Shown here one piece after another: positions 51,138 to 62,528 of a stretch of DNA of 64,000 nt (position 1 is the first letter of the stretch; every line of letters begins with the position of its first letter). The notes under the pieces were generated by a model. That model had not been told where the DNA came from, made no database searches, and saw only the letters and a program-made list of their open reading frames with translations. The DNA comes from a virus (lineage: Duplodnaviria; Caudoviricetes): positions 96,001 to 160,000 of the IMG/VR virus record IMGVR_UViG_2061766007_001346. One strand, 5' to 3'. The position numbers and the translations under genes are program-made.

Positions 51138-51540
51138 AGAACTACTGTTAAAAGACCTTTGTGCAAGGTTTCCTTATGGGGTGAAAGTTAATGCGGCGGA
51201 CAAATATATTAGTACCATATCATCAATAAACATCGGGACAATAGCGTTGATTTTTCTGAAAGACGTTGGTCCTGTATTCGGCATTGATGATGTCAAGCCA
51301 TATCTCCGTCCAATGTCTTCCATGACTGAAGAAGAATATGGACAGTATATGGAGTTTATTGAATGGTCCCATAATGACTACGACGGAACCACAATTACTT
51401 GCATCAACAAAGAACGGTTCCGCGAATACCTGAACTTCATCTATTCGCATCATCTCGACGACAACAACTTCATCAAAAACGGTCTGGCTCTTGAACTACC
51501 AGAAGGAATGTATAAACGAATTGATCATGACAACAATTAA
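51121..51540 (+). CDS. Hypothetical protein
   Basis: KDLCARFPYGV...KPYLRP. Confidence 0.7.
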   Translation: MTQENKELLLKDLCARFPYGVKVNAADKYISTISSINIGTIALIFLKDVGPVFGIDDVKPYLRPMSSMTEEEYGQYMEFIEWSHNDYDGTTITCINKERFREYLNFIYSHHLDDNNFIKNGLALELPEGMYKRIDHDNN

Positions 51541-51907
51541 AAAAGTATGGGTATATTCAATTACATTTTATAGTGTTGATGACGAATATGGTCATAAAGA
51601 CTGGCGTGGAACATATACAGAAATATTCCCATCTAAAGAATCCGCCGAAAGATTTAAAAAAGACTGGGAAGAAATAACAAACTTAAAATCATTAACTGAT
51701 ACTTGCTTTGAAGGTATTAATTTATATGGTTGGTATCAATATGATTCTTATGAGTCAGATATTCGTGAAAAAGAAGTTTTAGATTATTAAGATAGTAATG
51801 TGTGTGGTTAATGTGGTTTATTAATTGGCTCAAAATCTATTACCTCGACTATCGTGAATTTATTGAGAAAGGTCTCGCAATAGAGATAACAAAAGAAAAT
51901 AATCTAT

Positions 51908-52306
51908 ATGTTTAACAGAATAAAAAACGAAATCGAACGGCTTAAAAAGGAAATTGCAACATCAAATGCTATGGATACCAGACAGTTTCTTCTTGGAAGA
52001 ATGAGTGCGTACAGAGCTATGTATTCATTTCTTGAAAATAGAGGAGATACTAGTGATGCTGAAGCTGCTGAAAAGTATGCGTATGCAAAGTATAAAACTG
52101 GAATTGATGTCATAACATGTCTTGATGATTTTAAAGCCGGAGTTATTTGGGCTCGTGAACATCCTAACTCTCAAAGTCCGGATCAGGGTGAAATTATTAC
52201 TGGAGATACGGATCTTGAATATAGTGAAATTATCGATAAAGTAAAGAGAGCTATTATTAAAGTTGCTCCCGACGGTGATGTCATTGTTCAGGTTAAAAGA
52301 GGATAA
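51908..52306 (+). CDS. Hypothetical protein
   Basis: FKAG..W motif shared with 54300 and 56396. Confidence 0.65.
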   Translation: MFNRIKNEIERLKKEIATSNAMDTRQFLLGRMSAYRAMYSFLENRGDTSDAEAAEKYAYAKYKTGIDVITCLDDFKAGVIWAREHPNSQSPDQGEIITGDTDLEYSEIIDKVKRAIIKVAPDGDVIVQVKRG

Positions 52307-52624
52307 TCACTATGAGTACTATGATTGATGGCGTATGGATTAAAAAGTTTGTTACGCCAGAATTACTTGAAAAAATACGAAACGCTGACTTTGTCGAACT
52401 TCATCTTGAAACGAATGACGGCAAAGTTGGCGAAGTAGTAACTTTTTATTCAAAAGACGTATTGCATAAATATTATAAACCATAATGTATCAGTGCTGTA
52501 AAATGTGCAGATTGTCAAGTTACAAAGGACATTTCTGTGAACATTGGAACCGTAGAACGTCTGCTAATTATGGATGGTGTAAAGATATCGTCCTTAAAGA
52601 TAAATACAAGAAACAAGGTTAACT

Positions 52625-53047
52625 ATGAAATCTAAAGAGTTAATGATTGATGATTGGGTGTACATCCAACATAACGGAAAAGCGTCACACTACGGTAAGG
52701 TTACAGCTCTATTATCAAGTGGTGCTATTGAAGCCGAAATCAATGGAAATTTAGTATTATGTTCGTCAGTTGAGCCGATTCTTCTTACTCCAGAAATTCT
52801 AAAGAAAAATGGATTTTCTTATTGTATATTAAACGGAGGTTATTATCTTTATGCCGAAGAACTATACAGTAATCAGACGGTTGAAATTATTCTCTTCCAT
52901 GTAGATAGTGAGTTTAATAGTAGTCAGTTAAATATTTGTTATACAAATGATGATGATACTATACTTCATCTTATGGATTGCAATTTTGTTCATGAATTAC
53001 AACACGCATTTCGTGTTTGTAAAATTGATAAAGAAATAGTATTATAA
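52625..53047 (+). CDS. YopX-like hypothetical protein, paralog of 55036-55446
   Basis: LMI.DWV, PI..TPEIL.KNGF, VHELQHA. Confidence 0.7.
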   Translation: MKSKELMIDDWVYIQHNGKASHYGKVTALLSSGAIEAEINGNLVLCSSVEPILLTPEILKKNGFSYCILNGGYYLYAEELYSNQTVEIILFHVDSEFNSSQLNICYTNDDDTILHLMDCNFVHELQHAFRVCKIDKEIVL

Positions 53048-53409
53048 AAGAGTTTTAATATGGATGATAAAATTATTATCGAATCTTTCGTTAGTTGTGG
53101 AGGAAAGGGAACTGAATATATTCGTAAAGAAGCTCTTTTAGACTGGGCAAAAAAAAGAAGAAGCTAAACTTGATTCTGGAATCGCTTCCGATGGATTTAG
53201 ACTTGCTTTAACGATGTTAAGAGAAAAGATTAATTCGTTATAACAATGAAAAGAAAAGACCATAGAAAAAAGACCTGTTATTACTGTAAGTTTAACCGAA
53301 CTTGTAAAAGGTCTGATAGATATACATTCTATCATAATCTTGGTTGTCCGGATTTTGTTTGGCATAGTATCTTTAAATCATGGAACTATAATAAAAAGAA
53401 ATAATATTT

Positions 53410-53799
53410 ATGAAACTTAAGAAAATACTTAGTATTATTCGGTTCATAAAAGATTGTGAGTCGTGTCTTGTTTTAAGAGATGATTTACGATTATGGACTT
53501 TTGGAAGAAACAACCGTGTACTCCGGGATTATGAAGAGGTTATAATGAATACGAGGATCGATAAAGACTACATCGGTAAAGTGTATCTAAAAGGATATAT
53601 CGCTCGGCAACCCGATACAGGTGTAGTAAGATTCTCAGAAACCGTGCCATTTCTTACTGGTGATAGACAATGGATTAATGGGGATAGCTATCAACGTCGA
53701 TTTGAAAGACTTCCTGTGGAAGATCTTGATGAAACCCCGTATGAAGTTGAGATTACCCTTAAGATAAAAAATCCAGTGAAAAATGATAAAACAGATTAA
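53410..53799 (+). CDS. Hypothetical protein
   Basis: ORF. Confidence 0.6.
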   Translation: MKLKKILSIIRFIKDCESCLVLRDDLRLWTFGRNNRVLRDYEEVIMNTRIDKDYIGKVYLKGYIARQPDTGVVRFSETVPFLTGDRQWINGDSYQRRFERLPVEDLDETPYEVEITLKIKNPVKNDKTD

Positions 53800-54295
53800 A
53801 ACTTTTGTTGAACAGCTAAAGAATAAATATCCCAGTTGGCAATTAAAACTTGCTATGGACGAGCTTTTTTCCTTTCTTGATACGCTTAAAGAGCCGATTG
53901 ATAAATGGTCAAATAAAGATAGAACAGCAAGGGTAAAAGAAACTGGAGAAATTGTACATGGGTTCACGGATGGACAAGGCCATTTCGACATACCTACCGA
54001 CCACAACGAGTTCATCAGATACAATCTTGACGAGTTGGAATTTGATACCCTCCAGGAGCAACCCGTAGATTGGCAGAAGGTTGCGGAAGCACACGCCAAA
54101 GACCAACCTCTTGGACAAGATAATGATGGCAACCTCGTTTACCTCCAAGAGCAACCTGTCTGCGAGGAATTAGGAGACGAGATAGATAGATTTCGTGAGA
54201 CGGAAGAATATCTTCTCGCCGAAAAAGCAGGAGAAACTGATGTTGTTATCGCCCGCCACTTCGCCAAATGGGGTGCGGAACACTCAAAGAAATAG
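53783..54295 (+). CDS. Hypothetical mosaic protein
   Basis: LQEQPV linker repeats, IARHFA.WG. Confidence 0.65.
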   Translation: MIKQIKTFVEQLKNKYPSWQLKLAMDELFSFLDTLKEPIDKWSNKDRTARVKETGEIVHGFTDGQGHFDIPTDHNEFIRYNLDELEFDTLQEQPVDWQKVAEAHAKDQPLGQDNDGNLVYLQEQPVCEELGDEIDRFRETEEYLLAEKAGETDVVIARHFAKWGAEHSKK

Positions 54296-54299
54296 AGTT

Positions 54300-54887
54300 A
54301 TGAGCAAATACATTGACGCAGACAAACTGATTCACGACCTTGAAGAAAGGATATTCGCTTATTCAAAAGGATATGCAGAAGGAGATGACAATAGAAAAGA
54401 TGCTATTGAAACTTTACTAAAAGATGTAAAGTATCAATACTCTCTCCAGCAGGAGCAGCCGGAAAAGCCTGTTCCGAATGACCTTGAAGAAGCAGCGGAA
54501 ATAAATTTTGACGAAGCCCGTGCTTTAACAGAAGGTTATTTGTACTTCCTCGCAAAAGGACTGAAAGAAAACCATCCTCGCCCCATTGGACCACATTGGT
54601 TTTGTGAATACGCAAAAAATAGATTCATCGCTGGGGCGAAATGGCAGAAGGAGCAGATTATGAAAAGCCCCCTCGTCTCAATAGGTAATACCGCAAGTGA
54701 AGAACTCCAACGGATTAACTATGAGAATGGCAAGAAGGATATGAAGGAGCAGATGATGAAGGATGCGGTGGATGCAGAAGTGTGGAACTATGCTTCCAAT
54801 GAAGATTTAAGGGCAATTCCAATTTGGGGAATAAATAAGTTCCGTCATTTGAAGGATGGAGACAGGGTTCGCATCATCATCGTGTAG
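54300..54887 (+). CDS. Hypothetical mosaic protein
   Basis: MSKYIDADKL, FIAGAKWQKEQ, GDRVRIII. Confidence 0.65.
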   Translation: MSKYIDADKLIHDLEERIFAYSKGYAEGDDNRKDAIETLLKDVKYQYSLQQEQPEKPVPNDLEEAAEINFDEARALTEGYLYFLAKGLKENHPRPIGPHWFCEYAKNRFIAGAKWQKEQIMKSPLVSIGNTASEELQRINYENGKKDMKEQMMKDAVDAEVWNYASNEDLRAIPIWGINKFRHLKDGDRVRIIIV

Positions 54888-55035
54888 GAGGACTGACGAT
54901 GCAACTGAAACGGGAAAAGGCATACGAGCAATACTTGTATGAGGTTGATTGTTTTGAAAGATGGGGGAACACGAACACCACCACCTTTGAGGAATGGTTG
55001 AAAATCAAAGGTATAACTATCGAGGAGGACTGATT

Positions 55036-55446
55036 ATGAAAGCAAAAGACTTAATGATTGGAGATTGGGTTCTCCATCACAATAGTGGATGTATAGATGC
55101 TATGAACGATACAGCGCCATACGATGAAGCGATTCGTATTGAGCAGAGCGATTTTGAACTTGACGAGTGTTTCTGGAGCCGCCTTGATCCCATCCCCATC
55201 ACTCCTGAAATCTTAGAGAAGAATGGATTTAAGAAGGCAAGGTTCAATGACAATGAGCCGAGTGGATTGTGTGGTAAGTGGTGGAGTAAAGATGGGCTGA
55301 TATTGGTAAAGATGTTTGAGTTGACTCTTATGGGGATTGTTTTTTCAGTATCTGGTAGCAATTCAAGAATAAGCAACATCCGATATGTCCACGAACTCCA
55401 ACACGCTCTCCGGCTTTGCGGAATTGATAAAGAAATTGAGTTATGA
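55036..55446 (+). CDS. YopX-like hypothetical protein
   Basis: Paralog of 52625; its TGA aligns with the paralog's TAA. Confidence 0.7.
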   Translation: MKAKDLMIGDWVLHHNSGCIDAMNDTAPYDEAIRIEQSDFELDECFWSRLDPIPITPEILEKNGFKKARFNDNEPSGLCGKWWSKDGLILVKMFELTLMGIVFSVSGSNSRISNIRYVHELQHALRLCGIDKEIEL

Positions 55447-55506
55447 AAATCAGTGACAGGATAGTCCGCAAGGTCGTTCGGAAACTATACAGATCTTGTA
55501 GGGCAG

Positions 55507-56073
55507 ATGACAACAATTGCAGGGTATGTGGTAATTATGTTTGCCCTCATGATAGGGCCTACGAAATTGAAAATTGGTGGAACAAAAGAAATAGACAAAG
55601 CCGATATGGACTTTATATTCCAGCAAGAGGAGAGCGAGGACGAGAGGATAAGGAAAGACCTTATCTACGATATAGAAAGGCTCCCAATGCAAGGGGTTCT
55701 TACACATCGCTCGACAAGTGAGTATATTGCCTACCTCGAAAAGCAGAAAGAGCAGAAGCCCGCAGAGGTGGAACAAAATCCTCTCGTCAGGATGCTGAAG
55801 GACAAGAAGGCAATCACGGAGGACATCCGCAACGGTATTCCAACCAAAACCATCGAGAAGGAGAGGAATGTTAAATTCGCTACTCCGGTGGATGTGAGCC
55901 ACACAGAGTGGAGCGAGGAGGACAAGAAGAATCTTAAACGGGCAATCCAGCAAATGGACTTGCTTGAAGAATATATTGACGATAGTCCTTTTGCGACAGA
56001 GGTAGCAAAACAATCTTCACTAGAAGTCTGCAGGTCTGTAAGAAATTGGCTCAAATCCTTCCGTCCTTCTTGA
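55507..56073 (+). CDS. WSEED-motif hypothetical protein (may read through the TGA)
   Basis: ESEDERIRK, LEKQKEQKP, WSEED motifs. Confidence 0.65.
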   Translation: MTTIAGYVVIMFALMIGPTKLKIGGTKEIDKADMDFIFQQEESEDERIRKDLIYDIERLPMQGVLTHRSTSEYIAYLEKQKEQKPAEVEQNPLVRMLKDKKAITEDIRNGIPTKTIEKERNVKFATPVDVSHTEWSEEDKKNLKRAIQQMDLLEEYIDDSPFATEVAKQSSLEVCRSVRNWLKSFRPS

Positions 56074-56395
56074 AAACTCTCCGAGAATGAAGAAAGTAGA
56101 ACAGGAAATAGATATGAGAAATATTAGATTAAATGGTCCTTGGTTTAAAGAAGGACAATGGTCTTTTGTACTTCTTCCATACATATCTCTTGTGCATTTT
56201 TACGATGACAACACCCTTTATATCGGCTGGCTTTTCTGGAGTGTAGAAATTGATTTGTGATATGACAAACGGGCACTAAAACAAACGAAATATGAGAATG
56301 TTAGTTGATAAAGCCTGGTATAACTTACAAACATGGGTGCGGAAAAGTCTACCGAGAGGTTGATAGGAATTTACAGATAAAATCTGAAAAATATT

Positions 56396-57115
56396 ATGAT
56401 TGACGAAATCTATAGAGAATTACAGAAACGTATATCACATTTTTCTGAACATCGGTCATGGTCCGATGATATAAGAGAAGACACTCTTAATGTTTTTAAA
56501 GCTTGGATTGATGATCTTTATAAGAAAACAACACCAAGTGATCTTGACGCAGTTGCAAAGCGATATGAATCTTTTTATGATGTAGATGATAGTCAATCAA
56601 GTCTATGTACTGCAAAAGGTGATATCGCAGATGCTTTTAAGGCTGGTGTAAGATGGATACTTACACAAGGTATTATTGAATTTGGTACAATGCGTACTGA
56701 TAATGGTCGCACACGTGTTTCCTTTGGTATGGGTTATGATCCATTTCGTCGCATGGGCGGCGAGTTTCAAAATGGAGATAAACTGATTGTGCAGATCAGA
56801 AAAATAGAAAATCAAGAAAATGATAAAAATCATGTAAATAATAGAGAAGCACCACTTTCATTTGATAGGACTAAACTACAGGTTAGAGCTATGCCACGTG
56901 ATGAAGATGTTGATGAAATTCCAGATTGGAATGATGCTGCTTTAGAACGTGTAAACGCTATGGTTCGACGTGCTCGTGCGGCTCAAGCTCAGGCTGCAAA
57001 TGATGCCTTACAGGCTGCAGTAAATGCTGAAGCTCCTAATATACCAGATGATGTCATGCACGAACATGTTAATGCTAATCGACCTTTAGATCAATTCCTT
57101 GAAAATCTTATATAA
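56396..57115 (+). CDS. Hypothetical protein
   Basis: ORF. Confidence 0.7.
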   Translation: MIDEIYRELQKRISHFSEHRSWSDDIREDTLNVFKAWIDDLYKKTTPSDLDAVAKRYESFYDVDDSQSSLCTAKGDIADAFKAGVRWILTQGIIEFGTMRTDNGRTRVSFGMGYDPFRRMGGEFQNGDKLIVQIRKIENQENDKNHVNNREAPLSFDRTKLQVRAMPRDEDVDEIPDWNDAALERVNAMVRRARAAQAQAANDALQAAVNAEAPNIPDDVMHEHVNANRPLDQFLENLI

Positions 57116-57118
57116 TGT

Positions 57119-57403
57119 ATGTTATTGAAATTATATACATTATTACTATGTCATTTACTTGGAGATTACTTTTTTCAAACTCCATTTCTAGCTGATACGA
57201 AGGGAAGAAATTGGTATCATTTATTTATTCACTGTGTACTATATTCTCTTCCCTTCTTTATATGTTTCGGACCGTGTTGGCAGTTATTTGTAATAACTAC
57301 ACTTCATTTTCCGATAGATGCACTTAAAGCAAGATATAATAAGATTAGTTATATAACTGATCAAATTTTGCATTATGCACTTTGTTTATTATATTTAGTT
57401 TAA
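57119..57403 (+). CDS. DUF3307-like membrane protein
   Basis: H.LGD..FQ, H..ID..K, DQ.LH. Confidence 0.75.
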   Translation: MLLKLYTLLLCHLLGDYFFQTPFLADTKGRNWYHLFIHCVLYSLPFFICFGPCWQLFVITTLHFPIDALKARYNKISYITDQILHYALCLLYLV

Positions 57404-57516
57404 TATTATGTTTGTTATAACATTAAAAGACATAATTGGTGTAATTGTAGTTCTTTTAGCTCTTCCAATTGCAATTTGTCTTAGTGATGCAAGTAACAGA
57501 ATAGACAAGAAATAAT

Positions 57517-57972
57517 ATGGATTATGAGAAAAAATATCATGAATATACTGCAGGAATTTTAAGATGCATTTCTGATATTACTGAAGAATATCCTGATTGT
57601 AATGGTTTTGAGAAATGTATAATTTCAATGCGAAAACAAGGCTGAACCTATGGACAAATTCAACGGTGATTAGGAATGCCAGCTAAAAAACAAATTCGTG
57701 CAGTATTACTCAGGTGAGCTCCAGAACTAATTGACAATTCTGTTAAGAAAGTTATTACTGTTTCTGATTGTGAAGCAGAACTATATAATATTATTTCTCA
57801 TATAGGTACAAGAACATTTAATATATGGGGTGACGATTGAGTCTTTTTTATAGAAGATAAGAAACTTAAATATACTGATAATATTGGTACATGTAATTTC
57901 TCTGATTGGGACATTAATTGTCAAAACCAAATATTAACCGAAATTAAAGAACAATTGAATGACGGATTTTAA
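57517..57972 (+). CDS. Hypothetical protein (TGA=Trp)
   Basis: 151-codon frame with 4 TGA filling an otherwise empty gap. Confidence 0.65.
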
Positions 57973-59023
57973 AAAATGTTATACTAGCAGTGCTGGATTT
58001 AGCTGTGAATTCCTCTTCAATGCTTTTTATTCTGCTATACCGAGTAAGTTTCAATATGAGATGGCCGATCCGGATTTCTGAAGAGATTGTGCTCAAATTA
58101 AGTTCGATCTCATTAAGGATTTATTTAAACAGGTTGACGTTGTAAGAATTGACTCATGGGTAGAAGCAGAAGAAGATGAAGAAGAACGAGGCGGTTCACT
58201 AGTGATTGCTGCAGATTATAGAGTAATTTATATACATCATAAAGGTGTTTCTATTTACTGGAACTCGATGAATGATAGAATCGAGGCTGTTGAAGAATTA
58301 GCACGAGAAATCTTTAGAAGAATTCCGCGTGAGGAACCTGAAACAAGTCTTTCAAAGATTCGTCTTATCAAGTATTGCAATGGTGATTATTATACGAGTT
58401 CTGTAGACGTACGCAAAGTTGATTTAGATATTAACGAATGCTATAACGACGACTTCATTCCTGTATATAACGACATTGTTAATTTCTTGAAGGAACCAGA
58501 AGGTGGTATTATTATTCTTCATGGTGCACCAGGAACTGGTAAGTCAAGTGTCATTCGACATTTATGTAATACCTATGAAGGAGATTATATTGTTGTTCCA
58601 AATAGTGTCGCGTGTCGACTTGGAGATCCGGACCTAATAGATTTTATCACAACTAATAGAAATAGTACTTTTATTCTTGAAGATTGTGAGCAACTTCTCG
58701 AAGATCGTTCTGAAAATGCATTTAATAATGCCATTTCTACCATATTAAATATGGCAGATGGTTTACTTGGAGATGCTATTAATATAAAGTTTATATGCAC
58801 CTTCAATGCGGCAATCGAAAAGATTGACTCTGCGATACTTCGAAAAGGACGTTGTATTGCCAAGTATGAATTTGGTAAACTATCTTCTGATAAGGTAGCA
58901 CACCTGAATGAAAAATATGATTTACATCTTCCGGAAATAAAGGAAATGACTTTAGCTGAAGTATTTCATGCTCAAAAAGCTGATTATACGGAGTCATGTA
59001 AACGTAAAAAGATTGGATTCTAA
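57959..59023 (+). CDS. AAA+ ATPase (one TGA=Trp)
   Basis: GAPGTGKS, ILEDCE, LN.ADG, D.AILRKGR, KKIGF; ATG 57959 is in frame through one TGA. Confidence 0.85.
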
Positions 59024-59262
59024 TGGAAACAACTATTATTATTTGTTTATCGCTCGCATTAGTAATCGCAATTGGTATGATTATCGCCATTGAAGTTTAT
59101 TATCGAAAGATAAATAAGCTTATAAACTGGGTGAAATTTCAAATCACTGCGAATACAGAACTAATGAAAATGAGCGGTAATAATTACGAACAAGGTCTAT
59201 TTAATAATGGATCTAAAACAGCATATATTGATGTCTATAATAGACTGAAATCATTTAATTAA
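59023..59262 (+). CDS. Small membrane protein
   Basis: N-terminal TM helix. Confidence 0.6.
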   Translation: METTIIICLSLALVIAIGMIIAIEVYYRKINKLINWVKFQITANTELMKMSGNNYEQGLFNNGSKTAYIDVYNRLKSFN

Positions 59263-59343
59263 CAAACAATAATTTTAGTTCCATAGATTTATCAGAAAAA
59301 CAAAAGATGATTTTAATTTTAGATTTGTTGGTCCAAATAAACT

Positions 59344-60906
59344 ATGGATAAAAAATTATTAAACGGTACAGAAGCAAAAGAACAGCTTCTGGAGGGAATG
59401 AAAATTCTCGAGGAAGCTGTTGGTTCTACATTAGGACCCAAAGGACAGTGTGTTGTTATAGATGATTATTCTGAAGGAAAACCTTTAGTGACTAAGGACG
59501 GTGTTACCGTAGCACGTAGTATTGATCTTAAGGATAAATTTAAAAACCTTGGTGTACAATTATTACGTGAGGCGAGTATTAGAACCGTCGATATGGTTGG
59601 AGACAGTACCACTTCAACAGTTGTTTTAGCATACGAACTTATAAAAAGGTGTACGGAAATGATTGATAGATACAATCTTAATCCCATTCTTCTCAAACAT
59701 ATGTTACAGGAGCCATTCCAACGTATTATTGAGAGTGTCCGTACACAAGCCATTCCTGTTACAAATGATGATTTACAGCAAGTGGCTACAATTTCTTCAA
59801 ATAATGATACAGAAATTGGTAAACTAATTGCTGATGCATTTAAGATAATTGGTCGTAATGGTGTGATTACTGTGGAAGAATCTCCCAATATTCATACTTA
59901 TGTCGATACTATTACCGGAATGCAGTTTGACAGGGGATATGAGTCTCCTGAATTCTCAACAGATTTTATTAAGCAACAGTGTGTTTTAGAGAATGTTCTA
60001 ATTTTTATTACTGATCAAAAAGTTCAGTTGATGAGAGATATTGTACCAGTATTGGAAATTGCAGTTAAGCAACATAAACCAATTCTATTAATCGCGACAG
60101 ATTATGATGATGAAGTTATTCAGAATCTACGTATTAATAAACGACAGGGTCGTATTCAGGTTTGTGCTGTAAAGGCTCCGTCTTATGGTGAATATCGGAC
60201 AAAAATTCTCGAGGATCTTGCGATTCTTACAAATGCACAAGTTGCAACATATGAATCTGGTATAGAACTATCAAAGGTCACAATCGAAATGCTTGGTAAG
60301 TGCGAGAAGATTATTGTTACAAGAGATTCTACTACTATTATCGATGGAAAGGGCAGTAAAGAGCTTATTGAGGCTCGTGTGGCGCAAATAGATGCCGAAC
60401 TGAATCATTTGTCGGATAGTTTAGATAGAGATTTCTTGAAGGATTTTTATGCTCAAAGAAAAGCAAAGTTAACTGGTGGCATAAGTTGTATTCGTGTAGG
60501 TGGTATGACGGATTTGGAAATGCGTGAAAGAAGAGATCGTATTGAAGATGCTGTCTGTGCCACTAAAGCAGCGATTGAAGAGGGTGTTGTTCCCGGTGGA
60601 GGTTTATCCTTTATTAATGCTTATTTGAATACAAAGTTTGAAGATGAAATTGTAGATTACATTTGTCAAGGTTTGTATTCTATATCTAAAAAGATTTTAC
60701 AGAATTGCGGTATCGAAGGTGATTTATCTTTATTTAAAGATAGGGTTGGTTTTGATGCAAATGCAATGAAAATGTCTGACTTAATTGACGCTGGTGTAGT
60801 TAATCCGGTTAAAGCAGACAGACTCGCATTAGAAAATGCAATTTCTGTGTTAAATCTTTATTTATCATCTAGTTGTTTAATTATAAACGAAGAAGTTACA
60901 TTTTAA
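59344..60906 (+). CDS. groL: GroEL-like chaperonin
   Basis: STLGPKG, TKDGVTVA, GDSTTS, GMQFDRGY, AVKAP, EEGVVPGGG. Confidence 0.95.
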   Translation: MDKKLLNGTEAKEQLLEGMKILEEAVGSTLGPKGQCVVIDDYSEGKPLVTKDGVTVARSIDLKDKFKNLGVQLLREASIRTVDMVGDSTTSTVVLAYELIKRCTEMIDRYNLNPILLKHMLQEPFQRIIESVRTQAIPVTNDDLQQVATISSNNDTEIGKLIADAFKIIGRNGVITVEESPNIHTYVDTITGMQFDRGYESPEFSTDFIKQQCVLENVLIFITDQKVQLMRDIVPVLEIAVKQHKPILLIATDYDDEVIQNLRINKRQGRIQVCAVKAPSYGEYRTKILEDLAILTNAQVATYESGIELSKVTIEMLGKCEKIIVTRDSTTIIDGKGSKELIEARVAQIDAELNHLSDSLDRDFLKDFYAQRKAKLTGGISCIRVGGMTDLEMRERRDRIEDAVCATKAAIEEGVVPGGGLSFINAYLNTKFEDEIVDYICQGLYSISKKILQNCGIEGDLSLFKDRVGFDANAMKMSDLIDAGVVNPVKADRLALENAISVLNLYLSSSCLIINEEVTF

Positions 60907-61148
60907 TGGAAACTATTAGATTGAAAGGTCGATATGGTTACACGCATGTGCTGACACATCTTAATGGTAACCTTTGGCAGTTTCAATGTGATCCCAAGTC
61001 TACCGGTACGTACCGTATTATTGGTACACCGCCTAGTGATATAAAAGCGTTTGACCCAGAGGGCGGACCGTTCCTGTCTGTTGAAGACAAAATTGGAAAT
61101 TATACAATTAAATCCATTTCAGATAATGGAATTTTTGAATTAATTTAA
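60906..61148 (+). CDS. Hypothetical protein
   Basis: DPEGGPFL motif; TAATG coupling. Confidence 0.6.
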   Translation: METIRLKGRYGYTHVLTHLNGNLWQFQCDPKSTGTYRIIGTPPSDIKAFDPEGGPFLSVEDKIGNYTIKSISDNGIFELI

Positions 61149-61149
61149 T

Positions 61150-61524
61150 ATGATTGTAACAAAATATTATTACTCCGAGCCGGTTGCTGTTCGACGGCTT
61201 CCCATGCTTATTGATTCTAGTGGTGATGTAGTTGCAATAGCAGAACATCTTACTCCTAAAGAAATTCTTGTACTTCCTCGTATCACAGTGGCTTCCGTTT
61301 ATGACACGGATACCAGAATAATGGTTTTTGGTGTTGCCGCATGTTCGCCAGAAGATCAGTTTGTAAAAGAAATTGGTCGTAATCTTGCAAAAGAGCGTGC
61401 TTTATCTAAACCAGTTAACAAAGTCGTTGTTGCACATCGCGACAAAGTAGGAGAAATTTCAAGAAGATACGCAGATCAACTGATATCCAAGCGCCTTAAG
61501 AAGTATGTTCGTTTTGGTGTTTAA
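61150..61524 (+). CDS. Conserved phage hypothetical protein
   Basis: G.A.CSPED.F...IGR..A..RA. Confidence 0.65.
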   Translation: MIVTKYYYSEPVAVRRLPMLIDSSGDVVAIAEHLTPKEILVLPRITVASVYDTDTRIMVFGVAACSPEDQFVKEIGRNLAKERALSKPVNKVVVAHRDKVGEISRRYADQLISKRLKKYVRFGV

Positions 61525-61685
61525 TGGTGAATTTCAGTGTGACTATCCAAATGAATTTTTAGAAGATTTAGATAAATTGCGTGAGAAACACAAGGTTGAC
61601 TATTTTGGTAAAATTATTACGAAAGATTTAGGAAAGTATGTTGACTTCCAAAAACAAGAAGATACTGTTGTAGAAGAAGATCGAC

Positions 61686-62183
61686 ATGCAGAAGAATCCT
61701 AAATATACAGCCTATGTAGATGGAAGTTATCAATCCAGCTTAAATACCGGTGGATACGCTTCAATTATATGCTGTAATGATTCTATCATTCAAGAACTTT
61801 ACCAAGGTTTTTTACATACAAGTAATAATAGGATGGAATTACTTGCTGTTATTGAGACATTGAAATTCTTTAAGAACCCTGTTAATATAACGATAGTGTC
61901 TGATTCTAAGTATGTTGTAGAAGCAATAACTCGTGGATCTGCCAAAAAATGATTTGACGAAGGCGACTATACAAAGAAAAACCTGGATTTGTGATTCGAA
62001 TTATTAGATTTAATTGATTACCACAATGTAACATTTGTCTGAACAAAGGGTCACGCAGATAATAAGATGCATAATCGTGCCGATAAACTCGCTGTATTTG
62101 CGGCACGATGTCTAAATTTATCAAAAGATGAACATACTAATTATAGTAAAGAAGGTCGGGAATCATTGGTATCCCAATCTTAA
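61686..62183 (+). CDS. rnhA: Ribonuclease HI (TGA=Trp)
   Basis: YVDGS, NNRMEL, SDSKY, KK[TGA], KNLDL[TGA], FV[TGA]TKGH, NRADKLA. Confidence 0.92.
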
Positions 62184-62493
62184 GCACGACGATCCATCAG
62201 AAATTGCGTTATCTCCTAAGATTGATAAACTTTTAACTCTTCTCGATAAGAATGATCTTGGAGAACTACACTTTGTATTGGCTGAAGTACATAGTTGGTT
62301 AAGTCCAAATACTATTCAGTTTGATGATAGCGATATTTGGCGATATCTTAACACAAACGACGATTTTGATTTAACAGTTTATATCGGGGATCACGAGTTT
62401 GAAGTGTCTTCTTGTCTGATTGATTTGTTTGAATCTCAGTTTAATACAAATTTTCACAAAAATCTCTATAATATCTATCAAGATATTATTTAG
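62128..62493 (+). CDS. Hypothetical protein
   Basis: ORF. Confidence 0.6.
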   Translation: MNILIIVKKVGNHWYPNLKHDDPSEIALSPKIDKLLTLLDKNDLGELHFVLAEVHSWLSPNTIQFDDSDIWRYLNTNDDFDLTVYIGDHEFEVSSCLIDLFESQFNTNFHKNLYNIYQDII

Positions 62494-62528
62494 TGTTTTA
62501 CTGTAAGATAGTTCATTTACATTAACAT

